From assembly GCA_027493875.1 (NCBI GenBank), contig JAOSJX010000026.1, forward strand, positions 109,479 through 173,478: a stretch of DNA of 64,000 bases. The letters run 5' to 3'. This document shows, piece by piece, positions 21,738-33,074 of this stretch (position 1 is the first letter of the stretch; each line of letters starts with the position of its first letter). The position numbers and the translations under genes were made by a program. Below the pieces are notes generated by a model. The model had not been told where the DNA came from and did not search any database. It saw nothing but the letters and a program-made list of their open reading frames with translations. The stretch comes from Deltaproteobacteria bacterium. GTDB lineage: Bacteria > Lernaellota > Lernaellaia > JACKCT01.

Positions 21738-22175
21738 TCATGCCGGGACGGCCGGGTGATCCACGATGCCGCCGGTGAAATCCAGGCGCGGCTCGATGGG
21801 ATACAGGTTGAGCTCCTCGATGAGCGCCGCCGGACGGCACGTGTCGCCGGAGGCCACCGGCCGCTGGCAACTCGAGCAGATCAGATCGGCGTTGTCGTAG
21901 TGAAATCCGCCGGACACGGTTTCGATATGCACCGCCAGCTTGTACGTGTCGGCGCCGCAATGCGGACACCGATGCGGAACCGACGCGGCCGCCGCGTCGC
22001 GCGTGCTGAGACGCGCCTCGGCGCGAAACTCGTGGCGCGTCCCGCAGTGGATGCATTTGGTGTGCGCGCGCGAGTCGGCATCCGGCACGACCTCCACGCC
22101 GCCTCCGTTCATGCGCAGGCGGATATCCGCCCAGATGACCGGTTCCCAAGACTCCAAACATCGCCGGCATTTCAT
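21738..22175 (-). CDS. multi-CxxC zinc-ribbon hypothetical protein
   Basis: GGAG RBS; CRRC, CIHC, CPHC, CSSC. Confidence 0.6.
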   Translation of the reverse strand: MKCRRCLESWEPVIWADIRLRMNGGGVEVVPDADSRAHTKCIHCGTRHEFRAEARLSTRDAAAASVPHRCPHCGADTYKLAVHIETVSGGFHYDNADLICSSCQRPVASGDTCRPAALIEELNLYPIEPRLDFTGGIVDHPAVPA

Positions 22176-22320
22176 TGTTTTCTCCTTCCCGGCCCGCGTC
22201 GGTCGGCCGAGTCGTCACCTCTCCATAACATTGTAACACGCCGGACGAAAAGGGGCGGCGAAAAAAATCCGGCCGCCGGCGAAACCATGCGATATCACGG
22301 GCCTGCGCGCCGTGCCGTCC

Positions 22321-22348
22321 TTGACAGCGAGACCTTATCTGCTAACGT
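22321..22348 (+). promoter_or_regulatory. putative sigma70 promoter
   Basis: TTGACA, 16-bp spacer ending TGC, then TAACGT. Confidence 0.5.
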
Positions 22349-22381
22349 AAAAAGTCAGGCTTGTACTGAGATTTTGCCGCG

Positions 22382-22921
22382 TTGCCCCCGAGGATTCGCT
22401 TGCGTCACAGGACCATTTTGACCGTCCTGGCCGTTCTCGTCATGACGGCCGGGCCGGTGTTTGCCGAAGAAGCGAAAGTGCTCTTCCTCTGGATCGACGA
22501 CCAAGGCAAAGCGCACTACACCGAAAATTTCAACGCCATCCCGCAGCCCTTCCGCAAGACCGCCGTCAAGGGCACGTTCACGCCGGACAAGAAAGCGGAG
22601 CCCGCCAAACCGAAGTGCGAAAACGCCACGCCGGTCGCGAGCAACACCAACTACTACGTCAAAGGCGGCGCGCTGCACGTGGAAGGCGAAATTTCCAACG
22701 GCTTCGCCGGAACGGTGTCGTACGTACGCGTCAAGGTGAACTTCTTCGATGCCGCCGATCAGTTCGTGAAAGCGGAATCGACGTACGTCGACCCGCTCGA
22801 ACTGGCGCCCTGTCAGAAGGGCAGCTTCTCCATCGTCTCGCCTTTCATCGAGAGCATCGCGAACTTCAAAATCGAGTTCACGTCGGGGGCGAAGGAGCTG
22901 AAGGTCGAAGGGGTGCCTTAA
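22382..22921 (+). CDS. exported DUF4124 plus FxLYD-domain protein
   Basis: Signal peptide; WIDDQGKAHYTE; VEGEISN...VKVNFFD...LAP. Confidence 0.75.
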   Translation: MPPRIRLRHRTILTVLAVLVMTAGPVFAEEAKVLFLWIDDQGKAHYTENFNAIPQPFRKTAVKGTFTPDKKAEPAKPKCENATPVASNTNYYVKGGALHVEGEISNGFAGTVSYVRVKVNFFDAADQFVKAESTYVDPLELAPCQKGSFSIVSPFIESIANFKIEFTSGAKELKVEGVP

Positions 22922-22923
22922 CG

Positions 22924-23691
22924 ATGCCGCCCATCATCACGCTGCTCACCGACTTCGGCGAACGCGACGGCTATGTCGCGCAGATGAAGGGCGTGATCCT
23001 TTCGATCTGTCCGAGCGCGGTTCTCGTGGACATCACGCACGAGATCGCCGCGCAGGACGTGGAAGGCGGCGCGTACGTTCTTGCGCAAACCGTGGGACGC
23101 TTCCCGGCGGGGACGATCCACGTGGGCGTCGTCGATCCCGGCGTCGGCACGGCGCGTCGCGGGATGGCGATGACGAGCGGCGGGCAGTTTTTCGTCGGGC
23201 CCGACAACGGTCTGTTTTCGTTCGCGTGGGCGGACGAGGCGCGCGCGTTCGAAATCGTACCCGACGCATCGGCCTCCCCCCACCTTTCACGGCCGCGATC
23301 TCTTCGCACCCGTCGGCGCGCGCCTCGCCGCCGGAGAACAGCTGAATCGTTCGGAACCGAATTCCGCAATCCGGTGTTGCTCGAAACGTGGGCGAAGACG
23401 TTGGTCGGCGATCTCGCCACGGGGCGCGTCTTGCACACGGACCGCTTCGGCAACGTCATCACGAATTTCCGGCCGGAGGATTTCGGCGGCGCCCCGCCTT
23501 CCTTCGCCCTGCCGACGCGCTCCGTGCCGGACGACCTGCCGGTGGTCCGTACCTTCGGCGACGTGCCGGCCGGTAAGGCGTGCTGGATGATCGGCAGCGG
23601 CGGCTACTTCGAACTCGCCGTCAACGGCGGCAGCGCCGCCGCCCGCTTCGCCGTTGAGCGCGGCGACCCGGTGCACGCAAGAAGGCGATAG
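22924..23691 (+). CDS. SAM hydroxide adenosyltransferase (DUF62 family; frameshifts near 23275-23340)
   Basis: ITLLTDFG, VDITH, VVDPGVG, GPDNG, TFHGRD (shifted frame), DRFGN, ELAVN. Confidence 0.9.
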   Translation: MPPIITLLTDFGERDGYVAQMKGVILSICPSAVLVDITHEIAAQDVEGGAYVLAQTVGRFPAGTIHVGVVDPGVGTARRGMAMTSGGQFFVGPDNGLFSFAWADEARAFEIVPDASASPHLSRPRSLRTRRRAPRRRRTAESFGTEFRNPVLLETWAKTLVGDLATGRVLHTDRFGNVITNFRPEDFGGAPPSFALPTRSVPDDLPVVRTFGDVPAGKACWMIGSGGYFELAVNGGSAAARFAVERGDPVHARRR

Positions 23692-23701
23692 TCGGCCGAC
23701 T

Positions 23702-23819
23702 GCATTTTTCAACGCAGAGATCGCGGAGACCGCAGAGTTATCGGCTCGACGTCTCCTGAAACCTGATACCCGATACACGAAACCTCGATTTCCTTTGCGT
23801 CCTCCGCGTCCTCTGCGGT
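23702..23819. repeat. inverted pair of 9-mer periodic repeats with internal heptamers
   Basis: GCATTTTTCAACGCAGAGATCGCGGAGACCGCAGAG ... CTTTGCGTCCTCCGCGTCCTCTGCGGT. Confidence 0.7.
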
Positions 23820-23856
23820 AGAACAAAGCCGATCGCATCGTCGGTTGGAGGCGCGC

Positions 23857-25271
23857 ATGCCCTCGAAGTATCGGACGGAAAAAGATTCGCTGGGGACGTT
23901 GAAGATTCCGGCGGCGGCGTACTACGGGATCAACGTGGCGCGGGCGCTGGAGAATTTTCCGATCAGCCGAAGGAAAATTCATCCGCGCCTCGTCGATGCT
24001 TACTGCCGCATCAAAGTGCGCGGCGACGGTGAACGCCGAGGCCGGGCGGCTTCCCAAAAAACACGCGCGCGCGATCCGGCGCGGCGGCGGACGAAATTCT
24101 TTCGGGAGAGCTTCGCGATCAGTTCGTCGTGGACGCCTTTCAAGCCGGCGCCGGCACGAGCACGAACATGAACGCGAACGAAGTGCTCGCCAACCGCGCG
24201 CTGGAACTGCTCGGCTATAAGAAAGGCGATTACGCCCGCCTCTCCCCCAACGACCACGTCAACATGGGGCAATCGACGAACGACACCTATCCCACGGCGA
24301 TGCGCCTCGCACTGCTGGACGCGCTGGAAGATTTTTATCCGCGGGCCGACCGGCTGGCGAAATCGCTCGCGCGCAAGGGCAAGCAATTTTCCAATGTGCT
24401 CAAGAGCGGGCGCACTCATTTGCAGGACGCGGTGCCCGTGATGCTCGGCGAAGAGTTCATGGCTTACGCCGCTGCGATCGAGGCGTCCGTCAAACATCTC
24501 CGACGCACCGCCGACGATCTGCGCGCGCTGCCCATCGGCGGGTCCGCCGCCGGCACGGGCATGAACACGCACCCCGCGTACGCGCGGCAAATGGCGCAGG
24601 CGCTCTCGCGCGAAACGGGCCTCAAGCTCCGCAAGGCGCCGAATCTGATGGAGGCGATGCAGTCGCAGGCCCCCATCGGGCGCGTGTCTTCCGCGCTGCG
24701 CGATTTTGCGGTGGAGCTCGGGCGCATCGCCAACGACCTGCGCTTGCTATCCTCCGGCCCGACGACGGGATTCGCGGAGATCAAATTGCCGGCGGTGCAG
24801 GCGGGAAGCTCGATCATGCCCGGCAAGGTGAATCCGTCCATCGCGGAGATGGTGAACATGGTGTGCTTTCACGCGATCGGCAACGACCTGACCGTCTCGC
24901 AGGCCGTGGCCGCCGGGCAGATCGAACTGAACGTGATGATGCCGGTGATGGCGGAGAACGTGCTGGAGTCGGCGGAGATCCTGGCGAGCGTGTGCGGTCA
25001 GCTTGCGGTCAAATGCGTGGACGGCATCGAGGCCGACGCGGAGCGGTGCCGCGCGTACGCGCTGCGTTCGATGGGGATCGCGACGGCGCTCAATCCGTAC
25101 ATCGGATATCTCAACGCGGCGAAGGTGATGAAGCGCGCGCTGGCCGAAGGCAAGACGGTGGAGGAACTCGTGCGCGAGGAAGGCTTGCTTTCCGACAAGG
25201 AACTCGCGCGCGTGCTCGACGCGTCGCGCATGACGCGTCCCGATCCCGCTCTTGCGAAGAAGAAAAAGTAA
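23857..25271 (+). CDS. aspA: aspartate ammonia-lyase / class II fumarase family (frameshifts at 24000-24110)
   Basis: RTEKDSLG, QAGAGTSTNMNANE, GQSTND, GRTHLQDA, GSSIMPGKVNP. Confidence 0.85.
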
Positions 25272-25276
25272 ACGCG

Positions 25277-25741
25277 ATGCGCCGCGAACGGACGGTGACC
25301 ATCGCGTCCGAACTGAACGCCCCGGCCTCCGTGGTGTGGGCGCGCATCGGCACGATGCCCGGCGTCAACGACGAATTGCTTCCCGCTCATCCGCATGACC
25401 TACCCGCGCGAATACCGCGAGCGGCACGTTGCCGAGGCGCCGACGGGCGTGGTGCTCTTTCGGAGCGTGATTCTTCTCTTCAGCGTCATCCCGATCGACT
25501 GGCATTTTTGCGGATGCGTCGCGTGGATGAGGGGCGCGGCTTCGTCGAGGATTCGCGATCGCTGCTCCAACGCCGCTGGGGCCACACGCGCACGCTCGAA
25601 GCGCTCGGCGACAACCGCTGCCGTGTGACCGACACCGTGACGTTCACGCCGCGCCTTCTCGTCCTTCCCGCGCTTGCGGAGGCGATTGTCGGCCTGGTAT
25701 TCCGCCACCGGCACCGGCGGCTGCGCCGTCACTATAACTAA
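25277..25741 (+). CDS. SRPBCC-like protein (frameshifted)
   Basis: SELNAPASVVW, GVNDEL, WGHTRTL, VTDTVTF, FRHRHRRL. Confidence 0.65.
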   Translation: MRRERTVTIASELNAPASVVWARIGTMPGVNDELLPAHPHDLPARIPRAARCRGADGRGALSERDSSLQRHPDRLAFLRMRRVDEGRGFVEDSRSLLQRRWGHTRTLEALGDNRCRVTDTVTFTPRLLVLPALAEAIVGLVFRHRHRRLRRHYN

Positions 25742-25780
25742 CCATAATCACAACAGTTTTACGGACGCCGCAATTTTTCC

Positions 25781-25809
25781 TTGCTTTAATATTATGATCA
25801 TAATATAAA
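25781..25809 (+). promoter_or_regulatory. sigma70 promoter overlapped by a perfect 18-bp palindrome (likely TetR operator)
   Basis: TTGCTT-17bp-TATAAA; ATATTATGATCATAATAT at 25789-25806; ATG 6 nt after the -10. Confidence 0.75.
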
Positions 25810-25815
25810 GAGCGC

Positions 25816-26443
25816 ATGCGTTATGGACCGGATCATAAAGAGAAGACGCACGAGAAAATTCTGGACGCGGCGGCGCGCCGTTTTCGCGAGCAGGGTTATC
25901 GGGCGACGGGCGTGGATGCGGTGATGCGCGACGCGGGGCTGACGGTGGGCGGGTTTTACGCGCACTTCCCTCCAAGAGCGCGCTGCTCACCGAAGCGCTC
26001 GACCACGCGCTCGGGCAAATGCGCGGCAATCTTTTCGCGGGGCTGGACGGCCTCGACGGCGCCGAATGGCTGCGCGCCGTGGTCGGCCGCTACCTCAGCC
26101 GCACGCACCGCGACATGCCCGCGTCCGGCTGCCCGCTGCCGAGTCTGTCGAGCGAGATCGCGCGGGAGGACGGCGCGCCGCGCGAGGAGTTGGAACATTA
26201 CCTCAAGACGATGGTCGCGGAACTCGCGACGCGCACGCCGGACGCGCCGGGTCTCTCGTCGGAAGACCGCGTACTCGCGACCGTCGCCCTACTCGTCGGC
26301 GCGCTCACGCTGTCGCGCGCCGTGCCCGATCCCGGGTGTCGGACCGCCTCCTGCGCGCGTCGCGCCGGTTGGCCGTTCCAGAAACCGCGGAGGCCGCGAC
26401 CGCCGAGCATGCGGCGCGGACCGAGAAAGGGAGCAAACGATGA
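25816..26443 (+). CDS. TetR family regulator (frameshifted)
   Basis: ILDAAARRFREQGYRATGVDAVMRDAGLTVGGFYAHF; the C-domain GCPLPSLSSE lies in ORF 26019. Confidence 0.88.
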
Positions 26444-28743
26444 GCGCCGTGCAACCCGCCGACACCTGGCATCCGACCGCGTGCATCTTGTGCTCGCGCA
26501 ATTGCGGACTCGAAGTGCGTACTGAGGACGGCCGCATCACGAGCGTGCGCGGCGACAAGAAGCATCCGCTCTCGCAGGGCTACCTCTGCCAGAAGGCGGC
26601 GCGGCTGGACTTCTATCAGAACCACGCGGACCGGTTGACCGCACCGCTGCGCCGCAAGGCTGACGGCACGTACGAGGAAATCCCGTGGGACACGGCGTTT
26701 CGCGAGATCGCGGAAAAGATCGTCGCGATCCGCACCGCGCACGGCGGGCGCGCCCTCGCCTACTACGGCGGCGGCGGTCAGGGCAATCATCTGGGCGGCG
26801 TGTACGGACGCGGGCTCGTCGAAGCGATGGGCACGCGCTTTCACTATTCCGCGCTCGCGCAGGAGAAGACCGGCGACTTTTGGGTCAACGGCAAACTCTT
26901 CGGCCGGCAAACCTGCCACGTGGCCGAGGCCGTCGAGGAGGCGGAGGTCGTCGTTTTCATCGGGACGAACCCGTGGCAGGCGCACGGCATCCGCAACGCG
27001 CGCGACACGGTGCGCGCGATCGCGAAAGACCCGAAGCGCACGATGATCGTGATCGATCCCAAGCGCACGGAAACCGCCGAGCTCGCGGACATCCATCTGC
27101 GCGTGCGTCCGGGGACCGACGCGTTTTTGCTGACCGCCCTGCTCGCCGCGATCGCGCAGGAAGAACGCGAGAACATGGCTTACCTGTCGAAACGGACGCG
27201 CGGTTACGAAAAACTGCGCGAGGCGCTGCTCGACGTGCCGGTCGCCGATTACGCCGCGCGCGCGGGCGTGCCCGAAGAGGACGTGCGGCGCGTGGCGCGA
27301 ACGATCGCCGGCGCGAAAAGCGCGGCGGTGCGCATCGACCTCGGCCTGCAGCAGAGCCTGCACAGCACGCTCAACTCCTACCTCGAAAAGGTGCTGACGA
27401 TCGTGACGGGGCACTTCGGCGAGCCGGGCGGCAACGCGCTGCACAGCTTCATCATGCCGCTCATCGGGCACTCGGACGACGTCGGTCCCGGCAGTAAAAG
27501 CTGGAAGACGACGGTCACGGGTATGCCGGAGATCGGCAAACTCTTTCCGCCGAATGTGCTGCCCGCGGAGATCGACAACGACGATCCGGGCCGCGTGCGC
27601 GCGCTCGTCGTCGATAGCGCGAATCCGGCGCTGAGCGGCGCGGACACCGCCGCGTGGACGGCGGCGTTCGCCAAGCTCGAACTCATGGTCGTCGTCGATG
27701 TGGCGATGACGGAGACGGCGCGCCACGCGCATTACATCCTCCCCGCCGCGACGCAGTTCGAAAAATGGGAGACGACCTTTTTCACAATGGAATTCCCGAC
27801 GCAGATGCTGCACCTGCGCCGACCGCTGTTTGCGCAGGCCGCGAACACGCTGCCCGAACCGGAGATCTACCGGCGCCTGCTCGTGGCGATGGGCGAGCTG
27901 CCGGCGCGCGGCTTTCCCTTCCTGCGCGCCGTCGCGCGGTTCGACCGCCGATATCCCAGGCTGCGCCTCTTCCCCGCCGCGTTCGGCGCCTTGATGCGCC
28001 GGAACAGGAAGCTGCGGCCCTACGCCGCGTTCGTTCTGTACGACACGCTCGGCCGCGCGCTGCCGGACGGCGCGGCGGCGGTCGCGCCGCTGTGGGGCGC
28101 GGCGCATCTGTACGCGAAGAAGCATCCGGACGCCGTGCGGAAGATCAGGCTCTCGTCGCGCGGCGCGGATCTCGGCGAGGAACTCTTCGCGCGCCTGCTG
28201 GAAAACCGCTCCGGCGCCACCATCAGCACGCACACCTACGACGACGCGCGCGGGTTCATCCGTCACGCGGACGGCCTGATTCACCTCGACGTTCCGGAGA
28301 TGCTCACGGAGATCATGGCGCTCGCGGACGAGGCGCCCCCGACGAGCGCGGACTATCCGCTGGTGCTCATCGCCGGGGAGCGGCGCTCGTATAACGCCAA
28401 CACGATCTACCGCAATCCGGCGTGGCGAAAAAAGGACGGCGACGGCGCGCTGCACATCCACCCCGAGGACGCGGCCAAATACGGCCTCGCCGACGGCGCG
28501 AGCGCGACGTGCACGTCGTCGCGCGGGTCGGTGCCGGTGCGCGTGGCCGTCACGGACGCGACGCTGCCCGGTGTCGTCACGTTGCCGCACGGTTACGGGA
28601 TGGATTATCCGAACGGCGGCGGCCGCGTCGTCACGGGCCCGATCCTGAATCTCCTGACCGACGCCGCGCACTGCGATCCCATCACGGCGACGCCCTATCA
28701 CAAGTTCGTGCCGGTCAGGGTGATGGCCGGCGAAACCGCTTAG
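26440..28743 (+). CDS. molybdopterin-dependent oxidoreductase
   Basis: CILCSRNCG...GYLCQK Fe-S site, DRLTAPLRR, TETARHAHYILPA, C-terminal HPEDA...LPHGYG. Own GGAG RBS. Confidence 0.9.
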   Translation: MSAVQPADTWHPTACILCSRNCGLEVRTEDGRITSVRGDKKHPLSQGYLCQKAARLDFYQNHADRLTAPLRRKADGTYEEIPWDTAFREIAEKIVAIRTAHGGRALAYYGGGGQGNHLGGVYGRGLVEAMGTRFHYSALAQEKTGDFWVNGKLFGRQTCHVAEAVEEAEVVVFIGTNPWQAHGIRNARDTVRAIAKDPKRTMIVIDPKRTETAELADIHLRVRPGTDAFLLTALLAAIAQEERENMAYLSKRTRGYEKLREALLDVPVADYAARAGVPEEDVRRVARTIAGAKSAAVRIDLGLQQSLHSTLNSYLEKVLTIVTGHFGEPGGNALHSFIMPLIGHSDDVGPGSKSWKTTVTGMPEIGKLFPPNVLPAEIDNDDPGRVRALVVDSANPALSGADTAAWTAAFAKLELMVVVDVAMTETARHAHYILPAATQFEKWETTFFTMEFPTQMLHLRRPLFAQAANTLPEPEIYRRLLVAMGELPARGFPFLRAVARFDRRYPRLRLFPAAFGALMRRNRKLRPYAAFVLYDTLGRALPDGAAAVAPLWGAAHLYAKKHPDAVRKIRLSSRGADLGEELFARLLENRSGATISTHTYDDARGFIRHADGLIHLDVPEMLTEIMALADEAPPTSADYPLVLIAGERRSYNANTIYRNPAWRKKDGDGALHIHPEDAAKYGLADGASATCTSSRGSVPVRVAVTDATLPGVVTLPHGYGMDYPNGGGRVVTGPILNLLTDAAHCDPITATPYHKFVPVRVMAGETA

Positions 28744-28787
28744 AATTGCCGGTCCGCCGCGCCTGAAACGGTACGAGTCAACGAGCC

Positions 28788-31208
28788 TCAGCCGCAGCAG
28801 GCTCCGGCGTCGTTGTCCCCGGCGTCCGGACCGGTTCGCCCGCTCGTCGGCGGCACTATCGTCGTCGTCCCCCGCCGCGTCGTCGTCGACCGTATCGTCG
28901 TCCCCGTCGTCAGGCGGGGCCGTTGTCGTCGTCGTGCTCGTCGTCGGCTCGATGGTCGTTGTGCTCGTGGACGTCGCCGGGGCGGTCGTCGATGTCGTCG
29001 TCCCGCCGGATACCGTCGTGGTCGATGAGGAGGCCGTCGTGGTGGTGATCGGCGGAGCGGTCGTGGTTGACGAAGACGTGGTGGTCGAGGACGAACTCGT
29101 CGTTGTCGAAGACGACGTGGTGGTTGACGACGAGCTCGTTGTTGTCGAGCTGCTTGAGGTGCTGGAGGACGACGTGGTCGTCGAACTACTGCTCGTTGTT
29201 GTGGAAGATGACGACGTGGTGGTGGAGGACGAACTTGTCGTTGTCGACGAAGACGTGCTTGTCGTCGTCGAACTGCTCGATGTCGTTGTCGACGAAGACG
29301 ACGTGGTGGTGGAGGACGAACTTGTCGTTGTCGACGAAGACGATGTGGTGGTTGACGATGAGGTCGTCGTTGTACTCGAAGACGAGGACGTCGTCGTGGT
29401 CGTCGAGGAGGACGATGTCGTCGTGCTCGACGAAGAGGACGACGACGTGGTCGTCGTCGATGATGTGGTGGTGGTTGACGACGTGGTCGTCGTGGTCGTC
29501 GTTGTGGGGCTGACGCACGCATCCGCGTCCTCGTCGCACGTCTCCGGCCAGAGGCAGGGATCGCCCGCGTGCTCCGAGCAAACGACGCCCGCGCAGGTGT
29601 CGTCGCCGTTGCAGAACACGCCGTCGTCGCAGGACCCGCCGTCGTTCGGCGTCCACGCGGTGCCGGACGATCCCGGAACGCAGATCTCGCAATCGTTCTC
29701 GGGGTTCGCGTCCTCCTCCTCAAAGAGGCCGCCGTCGATGGCGCACGTTTCGTGGTGGTATTTGACGGTCAGGAAGCGGTCGCCGGTGGGGTCCGTGGCG
29801 CGCGTCTGGCCCCACCACGTACACGTCCCCTTCGTTGTTCGGGCAGACGTCGTAAGCGACGTCCCAGGAGTTGGCGGTTCCGTTATAGCGCATCACCCAA
29901 TCCCGTCGGCCGTCCCGATCGTACTTGATCGTGGTGAAGCTCCCTGTGCGTCCCGTCGCCGTAGGAGAATCCCGCGACGTACACGTTGCCGAACCGGTCG
30001 TGGGCGAGGGCCGACGGTTCGTCGTCGCCGTGGCCCGGGCCGTCGTAGCGCGCCTGCCACCGCTCGACCCCGTCCGTATCGTAATGGACGGTGACGAAGT
30101 CGTGGTTGCGCGTTGCGTCCTCGGAAACGCCCGTGACCCAAACGTTCCCCTCGTCGTCGGCGTCGATCGCGACGACCTCTTCAAAAGAGCCCAAACCCGT
30201 CGTAGTAGCGCACCCAGAGCCGCTCGCCCTCGGGGGAATATTTGATCGTCGTGTAATCATCCAAGCGGCCCGGCTGCGAGGTGACGGCGAGGACATAGGC
30301 GTTGGCGTCGGCATCGACCGCGACGTCCCGCGCCGCGGGGGTGTATTGGCCGCTGACCGTGTAGTGGTCAAACCACACCAGATCGCCGTCGGCGGTGTAT
30401 TTCGCGGCCAGGATATTGATCCGCGCGTAGCCGCCGACGACGACCAGATTGTCGTCGGCGTCCAGGGCGAGACCGTAGCAGACGCTGTACATCGGATAGT
30501 ATCGGGCCCAGACCAGTTCCCCTTCCGGCGAGTATTTCAAGAGGGTGCATTGGTTGTTGGAAACGTTCACGCCGATGTAACCGACGACGTAGGCGTTTCC
30601 GGCGCCGTCCATGACGACTTCGAACGCGCGGTCCCATTCGCCACTTATTTTTCGGAAGCCGATCGGTCCACCGCCACTGGCCGTCCGCATCAAATCCGAC
30701 CGTCATGATGACGTGCTTGCCCCACTCGTCTTCCGTTTCGCCGGCGAGCACCGTGTTGCCGTCCGCATCGACGGCGATGTCCGACACCTCGTCGTTCCGA
30801 TGCTCGGGCGTGTCATACCAGGACGCCCATTCGAGGTCTCCCTCCGGGGTGTATTTCAGCACAGTGAAGTCGCTGGCGTAGGGCGCGATCCCTCCGACGT
30901 AGAGGTTTCCCGACGCGTCGAGGGCCGCCGTGCGCGGGAAGCCGACCGTACTCCGGGACCACGTCCGTTGCCACGCTTCCGTGACGGCCGCCAGGCTGGA
31001 CGAAACCGGCTCGTCGCCGGCGCCGGTCGATTTCCGGTGCGTCTCCCCGGAATGGGCGCCGGCGAACGATTCGCCGGTGAGGGGATCGATCGTTATTTGC
31101 GCCAGCGACGGTCGCGGCCGGATCGGCGTCATCGATCCCCGCGTCGAGGCAGGCGGAAAAGAGAAGCACGAATCCGGCAAGGACGAATATCCCTTTATCG
31201 CCAAGCAC
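28788..31208 (-). CDS. large exported beta-propeller (SBBP-like) protein with Cys-rich module, Ser/Thr stalk, Asp-rich linker and C-terminal CCG (multiple frameshifts)
   Basis: Repeats of D.AVDADGN.YV.G....TIKY...G...W...Y; CDDGVFCNGDDTC; S/T tract; ends DAGDNDAGACCG*. Confidence 0.65.
28930..29505 (-). repeat. coding low-complexity repeat (SSSSTTT)n
   Basis: Roughly 21-nt degenerate units encoding a Ser/Thr stalk. Confidence 0.85.
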
Positions 31209-31341
31209 GGCTACCCTCTGGATTCGAAATAACAACGCACGCCAACTGTAAGAAATCTTACGCTTCGATAGTGTGCGAAACAAGATCCGGTTTTGTCGGC
31301 CACCCTGTTGACCGGGGGACAGCAATCACCGTGGGCGATTA

Positions 31342-32299
31342 TCAATCAATGATCGTTTTTTTGTGCTTTTCGAAGAATTCCCAGAGCACGTCGGCGGCGT
31401 CGATGTCGCGGGTGACGCGGCCGAGTTTGTTGTCGAGCATGGTGACGCGGCCGGGCCAGTTGTGGCCGCCGCCGTCCACGACGTAGAGGGCGATCTCCGC
31501 GCCGTCCGGCGCATTCCGTCCACGTCGTTTTCCTCACGCGCAGGCCGTCGCCGGGGTCGCGGTCGGGCAACTGCTCGGCCACGCCCTCCCCCGCGCAGCC
31601 GTCCAGGCCGCGCCACATTTTCATGAGGCTTTCGACGCCGCGGTGCGTGATGTTGACGCGCGACTTGGCGCCGACGCCGCCGGCGTAGGGCGCGAACTCG
31701 TCGTGCGTTCCGTGGATGTGGACAACGGGCATGGGACGGCTCGGCGCGCACGTCGATCCGCCGGTGGCGCCGGCGACGCCGCCGACGGCGGCGAAGACCT
31801 CGGCGTGCTCGCAGGCCAGGCGGTAGGCCAGCATCGCGCCGTTGGACCAGCCGGCGGCGTAAACGCGGTTGCGGTCCACCCGCAACAGCGCGGCGAGTTG
31901 TTCGAGCAGCGCCAGCGTGAAGCCGACGTCGTCCACGTTGTTCTCCGAGGCGTAGCGGCAGCAGTTGCCGGCGTTCCAGGTGTGAAGAAAGGGCACGTTG
32001 CCGGTGCCGTCGGGGAAGACGGCAACGAAGCCCTCGCGGTCGGCGAGGTCTTCCAACTCCACCACGTCCTTGAACCACTTGGCGTTGATGGCCGCTCCGT
32101 GGAACATGAACACGACGGGTAGCGGCACGCCGCTCGTCACCGTGGGCGGCACGCGGAGGTAGTACGTGCGCGCGCGGCCGCCGTGGTCGAGCGTGCGTTT
32201 GTGGTCGCCGGGGAGCAGGCGGCCGTCGTCCCCCACGGGCGACGAAACGCACGCGACAGCCAGCGCCAAAATCAAAAGCCACGCGGCTTTTTCAAACAA
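31342..32299 (-). CDS. PHB depolymerase/LpqC-like esterase lipoprotein (frameshift near 31505)
   Basis: Lipobox LAVAC; FHG, WNAGNCC, DDVGF, GWSNG, HGTHD, GGGHNWP. Confidence 0.85.
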
Positions 32300-32377
32300 A
32301 TCCGTGATCCCGTCTGAAGGTTGCGTTCGCGCATGCTATAATAGATGCGGATCGTTTCCCATGGATCGGAGGGGACC

Positions 32378-33074
32378 ATGACCGCAACGCACCGATCAAT
32401 CGAGGAAATCGTCCGCGATCAGGCCGCCCTTTGGGTGATGCGCAACAAGGAACGGCGGACGACGAAGGAGAAACCGCGCCCGCTGGTCACGATTTCGCGC
32501 GAACCGGGCAGCGCGGGGGTCGGAGATCGCGAAGCGCCTCGCGCGGGCGCTCGGGTTCGGATTTCATGAACCGCGAGATCATCCAGCGCATCGCGGAAAG
32601 CGCGAAGATGCGGACGGAGCTGGTGGAGACGCTGGACGAGCGCCGGCACAAGCTGGTGGACGACTGGGTGTCGGCTTTTTCACGGACAAACACCTTTGGG
32701 CCGATGAGTATCTCCGCCATTTGATGAAGGTCGTGTGCACGATCGGCGATCACGGCGGCGCGGTGCTGGTGGGCCGGGGCGCGAATTTCGTGCTGCCGCC
32801 GGGCAAGGCGCTGCGCGTACGGATCACGGCGCCGCTGGCGGACCGCGTCGCGAATCTCGCCAAGGGACTCCACATCGATGCCGGGGAAGCGATGAACAGA
32901 ATCCAGGCCACGGAATCGGACCGCGCGGCGTTCAGCCGGCAGTACTTCAACAAAGAGGTCGCGGACCCGGCGCACTACGATCTGGTGATCAACAGCGCGG
33001 CGCTGGGGCTGGACGGCGCGGTGCGGACGATCGAGGCGGCCTACCGGGCCTTTGCCGGGTCGGGGAGCGCTTGA
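32378..33074 (+). CDS. cytidylate kinase-like family protein (frameshifted)
   Basis: VTISREPGSAG, VGRGANFVL, LRVRITAP, DPAHYDLVIN. Confidence 0.82.

Noticed and set aside
22924-23691. Fluorinase or chlorinase for halometabolites
   Set aside because: Motifs (FHGRD) and context fit the common DUF62 SAM hydrolase, with no biosynthetic cluster nearby.
25816-28743. 975-aa TetR-molybdopterin oxidoreductase fusion in the ORF track
   Set aside because: Artefact of TetR frameshifts. The linker is off-frame nonsense and the enzyme has its own RBS and ATG at 26440.
28934-30094. Val/Asp/Glu-rich plus-strand ORF, or a CRISPR-like array
   Set aside because: It is the antisense shadow of the Ser/Thr stalk. 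There is no constant repeat with unique spacers and no cas gene.
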